A model generated the notes under the pieces. It did not search any database. It was not told the DNA's origin and saw only the letters and a list, made by a program, of their open reading frames with translations. From Podarcis erhardii (taxonomy: Eukaryota): a stretch of 64,000 nucleotides of DNA. Positions 24,772 through 36,556 of this stretch are shown here, one piece after another. The position numbers were made by a program, and so were the translations under genes. Position 1 is the first letter of the stretch; the number at the start of each line of letters is the position of its first letter. The stretch lies in assembly GCA_964252035.1 (NCBI GenBank), contig OZ176209.1. One strand, written 5' to 3'.

Positions 24772-25292
24772 CCCTTGCTGCTTAGTTGAAGTGGCTCTCT
24801 AAGATTTCAGCGAGGAGGGATCATTTTCAGCTGCACTTGGAGATGTGGGGAGGATTGAAACAGAGACCTTTTGAAAGCACAGCCTGACTCTAGTGCTTAG
24901 TTATGATCCTTCCCCATACTATGACCACACCCCATAATAAAAATGAACTCAGATTTCAACAAATATTTCCAATTTTAAACCTGTATGGTTTGGCATTGGC
25001 TGCTCCTAACAAATTCTAAAATCAAAAGGCCAGCTAAGTTTTAAAAAGTATTAGGTTTTGAAATGCCCTTCATGTAAGAAGGTCAGAACAGTTTTTATCT
25101 TCACATAACAACCCTATGAACTGGATGAAACTCTGCAATCTTGCATTCATAAACCCAGTAAACAGATCTGGTACTATACGTAATTATGGGAAACAGGGTG
25201 ATCACATCGACATTTCTTCTTTGGAACCAATTGCTGCATTTATATTGTCATCTTCTGCAAGCAGCTTCATTTAATGAAAAAGTAAGGCTTAC

Positions 25293-25390
25293 ATGAGGGA
25301 TTTTGGGGGGTGTATCGATCTATAAATTCGCTGAAATTCAGAAGAAATGCTGTGTTGTTGTCCGTTATTTTCACAGGCCCACAGTAGTCT
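25293..25390 (-). CDS. CACNA2D1: CACNA2D1 exon 25 (98 nt) [32 protein letters not shown](C)
   Basis: tctag|AGACTAC...CCCTCAT|gtaagc. Confidence 0.95.
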
Positions 25391-25659
25391 CTAGAAAAAG
25401 AAAACAGGTTTTTAAAATATTGCTTTTAATCCATGAAGTAAAGCAAGCAAATAAACAAACAAATACATAAATTTCTGGCTGAGCTGGTTTGGGTTTGCAT
25501 TTTATCCTGGCTAATTTACCTAGCATTTGGTAGCAACATTTCATTTAGTGGCATATCATGTAGAAGTACTTGCCTACAGTCTGCAGTGTATCACTTTCAC
25601 AACATAGAGAAATTCCATGGCAAAATTATGTTATGCATAAAATTAGGGAAAGTTAAATA

Positions 25660-26300
25660 CCAGCTCCATCTGGTACGTAGGCTGAGACCCTATCTGCCTG
25701 CGGACTGTCTCGCCAGAGTGGTGCATGCTCTGGTTATCTCCCGCTTGGACTACTGCAATGCACTCTACATGGGGCTACCTTTGAAGGTGACTCGGAAACT
25801 ACAACTAATCCAGAATGCGGCAGCTAGACTGGTGACTGGGAGCAGCTGCTGAGACCATATAACACTGGTCTTGAAAGACCTACATTGGCTTAGTACATTT
25901 CTGAGCACAATTAAAAGTCCAGTATATCTGAAGGAGCGTCTCCTCCCCCATTGTTCTGCCCGGTCGCTGAGGTCCAGCGCCGAGGGCCTTCTGGCGGTTC
26001 CCTCATTGCGAGAAGCAAAGCTACAGGGAACCAGGCAGAGGGCCTTCTCGGTAGTGGCGCCCGCCCTGTGGAACGCCCTTCCAGCAGATGTCAAAGCGAT
26101 AAACAACTACCTGACATTCAGAAGACATCTTAAGGCAGCCCTGTTCAGGGAAGTTTTTAACGTGTGATATTTTACTGTATTTTTGGTTTCTATGGAAGCC
26201 GCCCAGAGTGGCTGGGGAGTCCCAGCCAGATGGGCGGGGTATAAATAATAATAAATAATAATAATAATAATAATTATTATTATTATTATTATTATTATTA
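25660..26300 (+). mobile_element. L2-clade LINE 3' fragment (ORF2 end, 3'UTR, (AAT)n tail)
   Basis: LRPYL..HALVISRLDYCNALYMGLPLKVTRKLQLIQNAAARLVTG is the L2 ORF2 C-terminal signature. Confidence 0.92.
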
Positions 26301-28058
26301 GCAAGGAAACACAAGATTAGAGCGTTTTCACTCTGAATGATCAGCCTTGACATAGGAATAGATGAATCCATCAACTTCAGTTTCTCAATTTCCAAACGTA
26401 AGTAAAGTTTGTCATATTTCTGTGTAGGTTTGTGATATATTTTTAAAAATTCATTTATGTTTATTTCTTTATTAAATTTCTATACTGCCCTGAGGATCTG
26501 AGGACTGTGGGGCGGTTTACAATACAAAACACAAAAATACACAACATTAAAACCCTCACAAAAGATCCTCAGCATTTTAAAGTACTCTTTTCTAATATGA
26601 ACATTTAAGTATGAAATTTTACCAGAGTTATACATTTCTGCAACCAATCTTGGGCAACATAATGCATTTGGGTAGGCTATTTTTGGTTATATAAATGGAT
26701 GCAAATATGGGTGCATAGAAACAGGGTTTTGTGCCCACACTCAGCAAGAATTCTGACTCCCAATTGTTCAACAATAGCCACTACTCACAGCTTCCACCTG
26801 CACGCTCAGCCTTCACTGGGGTGCTTTGACTGTGTGTGTTGATGTGTCTTTTTCAGAATATTTTTGTACCTCTGCAAATTCTGGGAGTTCCCAAGCCACC
26901 AGATATTTTCCTGTGGAAAGGTGGTGAGGTTTTGGCTACAGAGGGACCGGCAGCACTCAAGAGACCTGAGATGCCATGGGTGAGGTGCTCCATTCCATTC
27001 TCCCCCTGTGATCCATAGTCAGCATACAATGTCTGTTGAACATTAGGTTAAGAGGCTGTTGTTCTAACAACTGTGTAGAAGATGGAATTTCAGCAGATGG
27101 GACTTGTAGTATAGTGGTTAGAGTACTACACTAGGAGCAGGGAAACTAGAATTCAAATCTTGACTAAGCTATTAAGTTATCTCAGCTGAAGCTATTAAGC
27201 TGAGTAACCCTCGGTCAGTCACCATACTCTCAGCCAAATTGATCCCAGGATTGTTGTTAGGATAAAATGGGGTGAGAGGAGGGGGCTATGAACAAAATAC
27301 ACCACCCTGAGTCCCTTGGGGGAAAGGTGGGATATAAATGTAATAAACAATCAGGAGAATGAGTGGTTCTTTCTACCATTTTATATCTACATATCTTTTT
27401 CTCCATGCACCTTTTCCAACAACTCCATTCCCTTACCCCTCCCACCTGCTAGTCAGTTTTCCCCCTCTCAAAAGTCTCCTACTTTATGTGGACACTCAGT
27501 CCTCATTGGGCTTTTCAGGGGAACCCCACATTTCCTTTGCTTTCCCCCCAAATATTGTTTGTATTTCTGCAAACTTTGGGGTTACTGTGCGTCTGCTAAT
27601 GCCTCCCTCTTGAGGGTCGTTGGTGTCGTTTTGGTTATGTAAGTGTGAACATTAGAAGACTTATATGCTATTAGAAGACTATATGCTATTGGTATATAGA
27701 TGATCTCGTCTTAAACAAAGTGGGCTGAATCTTCACTAAATTAGTTAGGACAAAAGTCTACCAGAAATCAACAGAACAAGTTAGGCATGATTTAGTTCTT
27801 TTTGAAATCAATGAAGTTCAACTAACTTGGTCTAGATGCAATTACTTTTATTGTGTGTGTGTGTGTGTGTGTATTTCTTGTTGTAGTAGTAGTAGTAGTA
27901 GTATTTTTGTTGGAAACCACCCAGAGTGGTTGGGGCAATCCAGTCAGATGGGTTGGGTATAAGAAATAAGTTATTATAATAATATTATTATTATCGTCAT
28001 TTGTTAGTCGAGACTTATTATGTATCATTTGGGTATACAGAACAGGAAAATGACCAAC

Positions 28059-28119
28059 CTTGGTGCTAAAAAGGTGTAGCCGAATTCATCAAAGCGATCT
28101 AGCTTCAGAGTTTCCGTAA
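28059..28119 (-). CDS. CACNA2D1: CACNA2D1 exon 24 (61 nt) (F)TETLKLDRFDEFGYTFLAP(R)
   Basis: tatag|TTACGG...CCAAG|gttggt; homologous to [20 protein letters not shown]. Confidence 0.94.
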
Positions 28120-31100
28120 CTATAAAGATGAAAATGCACTGTCAGAATCTTTTATAAGCAAAACTAAGTATGTAAATACAGTGGATTTCAACATTTTTAA
28201 AGCACTCGGTTCCTAGGACCCATTCAGACAATGGCTCCAGCTTAACAAGCTAAAGTTATTAAGCTGGGGAAGAGCATTGTGACCCCACACTCCTGTTCTG
28301 CCTCACCCTGTGTTTCTCCTTACATGTCCAAAATGTGAAATTGTGGTTTAATTCGGGTGTGCAGATCTGGAAAACTGGTTTAAAGGAAGCACTATGGAAG
28401 CAGCAAAGCCAATCAATATTACCCCACCACCCACATTTTCACATTAAAAGAGAGATTCGTGTATTTATCATGGAATAGCAGCAACACGGCCTGAAATACA
28501 GCAACAAGTGGTGCAAGGTAAATCTGGCATAGTACTGACCTGCTAAGCATGACCATATGGCAATTAAAGCTGAAGCCATGGGGATGTCAAGATGCAAACC
28601 AAAAGGGCTTGTAAAATGTGCCACAGGTAAAATATTTTACTTAGCATAAATGCATTTCAGAGTTCTTGAAAACACAAATTTGGGGTGAGGTGTTTGTTGG
28701 AGTTCTCGAACAGTGTTAATCTGAGTTTCTTAATAAACTGAGAGGTGACAGGGTCAAAGAAGCAAGGAGGAAAGAGAAACAATTCAAAAGCATGTGAGGA
28801 AAAAATACATAATTTTCCCTTCTCTATTTTTAGAATACCAAATTGTCATGGGAGAAGCCCCAAGATGAAGGACACAAAGGAGAACATCCAGGAGGAATGA
28901 AAATAGAAGCAGACAACATGTATAAGCAACAGTAAATAGAGGGCAATTGAGCAACAAGAATATACTTGCCATTTTGGACTGTTATAATCCATCAGAAAGA
29001 GGCAAGGAAACATAAAAAACAAGGTAAAGCAAAAGGGGTCACAAACCAATATTTTATTCAACCAGTCCCTTGAATAAAAATATTGCGGCATGAAACGAGA
29101 TCAAAGGTTCATTTTCTCTACAGCTGTACACTGGAGAAAAGACAAACATATCTGAAGACTTGAACACATGTCTTTTGTCAACATATATCCATCACATAAC
29201 TACAAAACAGCTTGAAATCTAGTTCTGAGCTGGCAACAACAAAGGGTCAATCATACATTATGTAGTGCAGCTATTGGGGCATTTCACTGCTCCCTGGAGC
29301 AGCTTTCCTATGTGACTAGCATAAGACGTGGAGAACGCACACAATACTACAAGGGACGCACAAAAGATGTCAATGCAGCAAGACGGAAGATTGCTAAGAG
29401 AAGGTTAGATAGATAAGTCCCAAAGCAGACCTCTACAATGTGTGACTTGCCAAGCCAAACACTTCCATCACTCACGTTCTACAAGCTGAAGTAGGTTCAA
29501 CCTGCCTGTGTGAGACCACCAGGTCACAAATTGTATAGGCTTGCCTCACCTGTGTTCTGGAAATAGGGAAAGACTTCCTTATTTTATCTAAGCTTTCGTC
29601 CAATGGTTTTATGAAGTTCTAACATGTTTGCTTTTAAATCCTTTCTACGTGCTTTTGTTATTTTGAACTGCCCTGAGCTCCCTTTGGGAAGAAAGGATGG
29701 GCTATAAGCTTGAGACAAACAAACATAGCTAGAATAGGATTCTCAACCAAGTAGAAATTTGTAGGGAAGCAGCAGCAGTGAAGAGGCAAGCAAGAGCTGC
29801 CGCTTAGCCCTCCTGTGAAGACAGTTGAGGGAACTGCAGTAAGTTCAAAGTACGCCTAATAGGCTACAAACTGAGACCAAACAGTGGGAATGTAGCACAC
29901 AATGGAGTGCATAGAGCTTCTGCAGCTGGTGCCCATTGGGACTGGTCGAGAAAAAGGCAGGGAGACCAACAGCGGGTCAAGTCCAAGCCCACGGCAGGCA
30001 GAGCCAACTAATTCTAGTTCCCTCCTCATCTTCCTTCTTGCTAAGTTCCACAAAGGGGCACACTGAGACTATGAAGCAGGCAGCTGACAAGGAGAGCCGG
30101 CCCCTGGGCTGGATGTAAAGCAAGGAATTGGGTGCTGCCTCAGAACAGGTGAGGCTGGTGGGGCAGAGAGTGATGCATTAACTCAAGTTGACTAGCATCC
30201 ACATAGACTGAGACCTGAATGAACACCTGTTCCCACATTAAGGTTTCTGTACACCTTGTCGACTTTGGAGATTCCGGTTTCGGATGCTCTCACTGGGTGA
30301 CAACTGAGGAAAGAGCTTTCTGGATAGTAGTGCCCCACTTATAGTACTTACTCTCAGGTAGACTTGCCTATTTTTTGGCGCAAGATCAAGGATACAAAGG
30401 AGGAATGGAAATAGAAGCAGACAATATGAGCAACAGTAAACAGAGGGGAAATTGAGCAACAAGAATATACTTGCCCTTTGGGACTGTGATAATCCATCAG
30501 AAGGAGAAGGCAGGGAAACAGAAAAAACAGGGTAAAGCAAAAGGGGTCACAAACCAATATTTTATTCAACCAGCCCCTTGAATAAAAATATTGTGGCGTA
30601 AAGAGAGATCAAAGGTTCATTTTCTCTACAGCTGTACTCTGGAGAAAAGACAAACATCTCTGAAGACTTCAACCCATGTCTTGTTAACACTTTCTTTCAT
30701 GTACCTTCTATATAATGCAGCTATTTCAAGGATCTGTGTAATAGAAATATTGACTCAGGGGGCTCCTAAGAAATTCAGCCCATAATCATTGATCTTGCAC
30801 TCAAGAATTTTACAGACTGCTTCCAAGTTCAGGAAGTCCAGAAATAAATTATGCAATATGCTGGGCCACCAAAAAATGAAAAATAAAAAAAATCCATCAC
30901 ATATGTATAAAACAGTTCTGACAGCAACACACAGTTAATTCATACATAATATGGAACAGCTATCTGGTGTATTTTGCTGCTCCCTGAAGAATTTCTTTCC
31001 AATATGAATAGGAATGCACACAGTACTTACTACAAGGGACATACAAAAGATTGCAATGTAGGAAGTTATCAGCAAGACAGATGACTGCTAAGTAAAAGTC

Positions 31101-31920
31101 AGACCCAAAGTCCTAAAGTCGGCCTGCCAAGCGAAACACAGTCATCCCTCACATTCTACAGCCCTCAGGAGGTTAAAACTACCTGTTTTTCCTCCCAGCA
31201 CCAGACCACAATAATTACAAATATTCTAGGTTTGCCTGTAAGTATGGACCGAAATTTGACATATAGAATTCCTTTCCCAACAGAGATCAGGCAGATCTCT
31301 GTAGTGTTGGGCTGCTATCAGTACAGACTCAAATGTAATAGCTGAAGATATAGTTATGATTCCTTGTTTTCCCCTCTCATTCCTCAAGGCAAACACAGAT
31401 ATGATTTATTCATATTTATTCAGTCCAGGCTGAATAAATTATAGTTTGGTGTCCCTTAAAGTATTTTTTTTTTCCTTTCCATTTTTGTATTCTTATGCTG
31501 GTACATTGTTTCCTTTTCTCATTTTTTGCTTCTCACTTTAAAGACAACTTGAACAAAATCCAAAAAGGGCATAATCCAAATTACGTCCGCTCATATCACA
31601 CTCCACATGAAGCATTCAGAACAATTAAACTACAACACAAACCTAAGCAAGTTGAACTACTACATCATGTGTTGCATAGAATCTTTGCTAAATACCAGAA
31701 TACACAACTCCTACCTTGCAGGTGGGCTATTCAAAACATAAGCTATTGCTTCCTTAAAAAGACAGCAATAGAGGATACTCAGAGCACTATTTCTCTAGGT
31801 AACGTAAGCAAGGAGATGAGGGGGGAAAGTTTTACCAGTGCAACTAGAGTAACAGAACATATTTTACTTGTGTACAGTACTTTTTGTACCTTGCAAGCTC
31901 AAACAATGACTTTTTAATTA

Positions 31921-32146
31921 CAGTGGTACCTCGGGTTAAGTACTTAATTCGTTCCGGAGGTCCGTTCTTAACTTGAAACTGTTCTTAACCTGAAGCACTA
32001 CTTTAGCTAATGGGGCCTCCTGCTGCTGCCACGCTGCCGGAGCACGATTTCTGTTCTTATCCTGAAGCAAAGTTCTTAACCTGAAGCACTATTTCTGGGT
32101 TAGCGGAGTGTGTAACCTGAAGTGCGTGTAACCCGAGGTACCACTG
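31921..32146. mobile_element. Tc1/mariner-type MITE
   Basis: TIRs CAGTGGTACCTCGGGTTA / TAACCCGAGGTACCACTG with TA TSD. Confidence 0.92.
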
Positions 32147-32624
32147 TACTGCTTTTAAAAAGGTGAGAAAACAATGTTGCAGAATGGTAAGGTCAAACAA
32201 ACCATAGTTTATGAAGCCAGGAAGGAGTTATTACCACATGCTCCCTCTTTGCTCATCTCTCATGTCCAGAATGTGAAAGTGTGGTTTAATCTTGCGCATA
32301 ATGAAAAACTGGTTTAAAGTAAGCACGATGAAAGCACCAAATCTGGTGTGTGATGAGTCTCCAAAGAGGGGAGAGCCTAGTTGGGGATGCACGCTGATGC
32401 TCGTGCTCGACCTAATCAATCTCAGTTGAGATATAGTTACACCCCAAATATGTAATGGGATGCATGAAGAAAAACACTGGCGAACGGTTACAAAACATTA
32501 AAGTGTTAGGGCAACCCTTGCAGACATCAGATGGTTAGGATCTAGATGTCAATAATGTTTCCCCTGGCTAATCAAAATTACCCCACTACCTGCCTTTTCA
32601 CTTATCATAAAACAGCAACATGAA

Positions 32625-32810
32625 ATCATAGAATCTTAGAGTTGGAAGGGACTCCAAGGGTCATCTAGTCCAACCCCCTGCAATGCAGGAATCTCAGCTA
32701 AAGCATCCATGACAGATGGGTGCCCAACCCCTGCTTAGAAACCTCCAAGGAAGGAGAGTTCACTGCCTCGCGTGGGAGTTTGTTCCACTGCTGAACAGCT
32801 CTTACTGTCC
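32625..32810 (-). mobile_element. CR1 3' end fragment
   Basis: atcatagaatcttagagttggaaggg...; homologous to 5968-6200. Confidence 0.78.
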
Positions 32811-34293
32811 ATTTCCAAATGCAGAAATAGAACACTATAATAACTGATGCAAGTTAAAGCTGGCACATTATTCACTTGCTTTGCCTGACAACATGGTAGC
32901 TGAAGTTCAAGAAGTTAGAATGCCAAGATGAAAACAAGATGTAAATTGTACCAAGGTTAAGATATTTTACTTAGCATAAATTGACGTCAGGGTTTTTGAA
33001 AGCGTAGGTATTTTTGCAGGGGGCAGGTGTCCTGATTTTCTCTATGAACCGGGAGGTGACAGAGTCAAATAAACAAGGATGAAAGAGCAACATAAATAGA
33101 AAAGCATATTGTGGAAAATACATCATTTTTCCTTCTCTGTCTTTCTAATACTCAGCTGGCATGGGAGAAGCTCCAAGATTTAGGATACAAAGGAGAACAT
33201 TCAGGAGGAATGGAAATAGAAGCAGACAATATGAGCAACAGTAAACAGAGGGGAAATTGAGCAACAAGAATATACTTGCCCTTTGGGACTGTGATAATCC
33301 ATCAGAAGGAGAAGGCAGGGAAACAGAAAAAACAGGGTAAAGCAAAAGGGGTCACAAACCAATATTTTATTCAACCAGCCCCTTGAATAAAAATATTGTG
33401 GCGTAAAGAGAGATCAAAGGTTCATTTTCTCTACAGCTGTACTCTGGAGAAAAGACAAACATCTCTGAAGACTTCAACCCATGTCTTTTTTCAACACTTT
33501 CTTTCATGCACCTTCTATATAATGCAGCTATTTCAAGGATCTGTGTAATAGAAATATTGACTCGGGGGGCTCCTAAGAAATTTCGCCCAGAATTATTGAT
33601 CTTGCACTCAAGATTTTACAGACTGCTCCCAAGTTCAGAAGTGAATCATGCAATATGATGTCTCGCAAAAAGCATATAGTTATCACACATCTATGAAACA
33701 GCTTTAAAACAAGCTTTGAGCTGGCAGCAACACAGGGTTTATTCTTAGATAATATGGAGCAGCTACCTGGGGCATATTGCTGCTGTTTTCCTATGTGAAT
33801 AGGAATGCAGAAATACTTACTACATGGGACATTCAAAAGACTACAATGGAGGGAGATAGATGACTGCTAAGTCAAAGTCATACCCAATGTCCTAAAGTAG
33901 GTGAGGACAATGTGTGACCTGCCAAGCCAAACACAGTCATCAGTATGTACTACAACCTTAAGGAAGCTAAAACAGCCTGGTTTTCTTGCCTGCATGAGAC
34001 ACAAAGTCACATATTGTGTAGGCTTGTCCTAAGTGCATCTTATTTCATCCAAGCTTTGGGCTGATAGTTTTATGAAATTTTTACATAACTGGTTTTAACT
34101 GTTGCCTGCAATGTGTTATAGCATTGCTTTAAATTGTTTCAATGTGATTTTATTATTGTGAGTTGCACTGGGTTCTCTTTGGGAAGAAAGAGCACATTAT
34201 AAATTTGAAACAAGCTAGCATAGCAGCTAAAGTAGGATTCCCAGGTTAGGGGAAATTTGCAGGGCAGTTCTAAGCAGGAGGGGCTGCCTAGGC

Positions 34294-34553
34294 CACGGGT
34301 AGGCAAACTAAGGCCCAGGGGCCGGATCCAGCTCAATCGTCTTCTAACTCCGGCTGGCGAATGGTCTGGGAATCAACGTGTTTTTACATGAGTAGAATGT
34401 GTGCTTTTATTTAAAATGCATCTCTGGGTTATTTGTGGGGCATAGGAATTCGTTCATTAATTTCCCCCCCCCCCCAAAATATAGTCCGCCGCTCCCCCCA
34501 AAGTCTGAGGGACAGTGGACCAGCCCCCTGATGAAAAAGTTTGCTGACCCCTG
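34294..34553. mobile_element. hAT non-autonomous element
   Basis: Imperfect TIRs CACGGGTAGGCAAACT / AGTTTGCTGACCCCTG; 8-bp TSD GCCTAGGC/GCCTAAGC. Confidence 0.85.
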
Positions 34554-35492
34554 GCCTAAGCCACCCCCAATAAATGACAGAAGAGTTATACATAGGGCTC
34601 CCTTTGAAGAATCCTAGGGAAACTGCAGTAAGTTCAAAATACACCTGATAGGCTTTGTCCTGAGCCTAAACTCTGGGAATGCAGCACATGTCAGAGTTGA
34701 GAGAACTTCACTGGCACTTTGATAGCAGCAGTGGCTACAAGAAGCAACACTTAGCCCAAGGAGGAGGCAGCTGGCAGGCAGTGCTGCCCCCTAACTGGGA
34801 AGCAGGCATGTGGGGGCTGGCTTAGGACAGAGAAAGGCTGGTCAGGCAGCGCCCCATTCACTCTTATGGACCAGCCTCCATGGCTTGAAAGCCATACACA
34901 GCTTAGGACCTGATGGAACCATTTGAGACTACTAGAAAAGAATCCACGTTAGACGCCATCCAGATTATATCCACTCATATCACAAACATTCAGAACAATT
35001 CAGCTACAATCCAAAACTTAGGAAACCTGATTTAACCTCGATCCAGAGATTGATCTAAATCACAATGAGTTCCAGCTAAGACACACTATGCACACGATCT
35101 AGGCTAGATTTCAAAAGGCACAACTCATACCTTGGAGATGGACTATTCAATACATTAGCTATTAGACCCCTAAAAAGACAGCAACAGAGCATATCCAAAG
35201 CATTGCTTCTCTAGGAAACATAAGCAAGGAGATGAGAGAGAAAGGTTGACCAGTGCAATTTGAGTAACAGAACATATTTTACTTGTGTAGAATACTTTTT
35301 GTACCTTGCACGCTCACACAATGACTTGGGATCATTGCTGCAGAGCTGGGGGCACAGAATTCATGGCAATACTGCTGAACTTCACAAGAGCTTCATGGCT
35401 TTAAAAATGTTGCATTAGAAAAAGGACAAGAGAACAATTCTACAGACTACACAGCAATACTCAGATTCTGGAGAAAGGTCATGGCTACTTAC

Positions 35493-35569
35493 ATTTTGCC
35501 TGAGTTAGTGCTTCCTTAATGTTGGCTTTTATGTAGTAAAAGCTGTAGGATGGTAACACCAAGGCCAAA
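35493..35569 (-). CDS. CACNA2D1: CACNA2D1 exon 22 (77 nt) LALVLPSYSFYYIKANIKEALTQAK
   Basis: tatag|TTTGGCC...GCAAAAT|gtaagt; phase 2 to 1. Confidence 0.96.
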
Positions 35570-36259
35570 CTATATAATAAATAAATCAACATTAAATGGT
35601 GAGAATAAAGCCACATTTCAATACCACAGAGCCTTATCAGCCTAGCATTTTCCCTAGCTTTGATGTGTAAGAAAATCATGGAACATGTGATTTCATGGCA
35701 TACATTTGCTTGGCTAACTACTTCACTAAATCCTCTTACTGCTTTCTGCTGCATCAGAACTCCACTCCTCCAAATTAAACATGTGGTACCGAGAATGAGA
35801 TCCTTGTCAACCCCATATTGACATTTACAGAACAGTCACCATTTTTCATGGCTTTGTTTAACAGAAAATTAGTATCGCAGGATAGATTAAAGGTTGCCCA
35901 CAACTTGAAAAACTAGGATGAGTTGAAGGGGGAAGGCAGGTAAGGTCTGTTTATTGAGACAGTGATTGCCATTTACTTCTGAGTATTCATGCATTGCAGT
36001 AACTGAGCATTAAGTTGTTTTGACAGGAGAGTTGGAAGGCTCAATCCACATGGGGCTTTCTACAACTCAATTTGTTTAAAAATAAACCAGGTGAGTCACA
36101 TTTATACCTTACACACTGAAGGAACTGTTGCTCCCTGAGTGAATACGTTTGGCTTCTTAATGTGAGGTGCAGTTTTGTTATTTGTACCAGATTGGGAAGT
36201 GCTTCAGGAGCCAAATACAAATGGGATAGATCTGTTTGCATGTCTATAGCATTTTAATA

Positions 36260-36556
36260 AGGTCAGCGGTTCGAATCCCCGCGACGGGGTGAGCACCCGT
36301 TGTTCGGTCCCAGCTCCTGCCTACCTAGCAGTTTGAAAGCATGTCAAAGTGCAAGTAGATAAATAGGTACCACTCCGGCGGGAAGGTAAACGGTGTTTCC
36401 GTGCACTGCTCTGGTTTCACCAGAAGCAGCTTAGTCATGCTGGCCACATGACCCGGAAGCTGTACGCCAGCTCCCTCAGCCAATAAAGCGAGATGAGCGC
36501 CGCAACCGCAGAGTCGTTCATGACTGGACTTAACTGTCAGGGGTCCTTTACCTTTT
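36260..36556 (+). mobile_element. Sauria SINE, 5'-truncated
   Basis: Starts aaggtcagcggttcgaatccccgcgacgg; ends gggtcctttacctttt. Confidence 0.9.

Larger units (their letters stand above)
28300..35330. repeat. Mosaic tandem triplication inside intron 22-24 (units about 28300-30200, 30385-31920, 32250-35330)
   Basis: Collinear homologous blocks seen by eye, e.g. 28880-29170 / 30398-30840 / 33203-33640; 29320-29520 / 31010-31190 / 33800-33980; 31550-31910 / 34960-35330. Confidence 0.9.

Noticed and set aside
30020-30040. ttag|CAAGAAGGAAGATGAGGAGGG as region C exon 23
   Set aside because: Lysine/arginine-rich look and correct length, but no GT donor follows.
31495-31917. 140-aa plus-strand ORF in duplicate unit 2
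   Set aside because: The paralogous segment at 34960-35330 does not preserve the frame; no homology recognised.
28880-33640. CRISPR-like repeat-spacer array
   Set aside because: Eukaryotic intron; repeats are hundreds of bp and irregular, with no cas genes.
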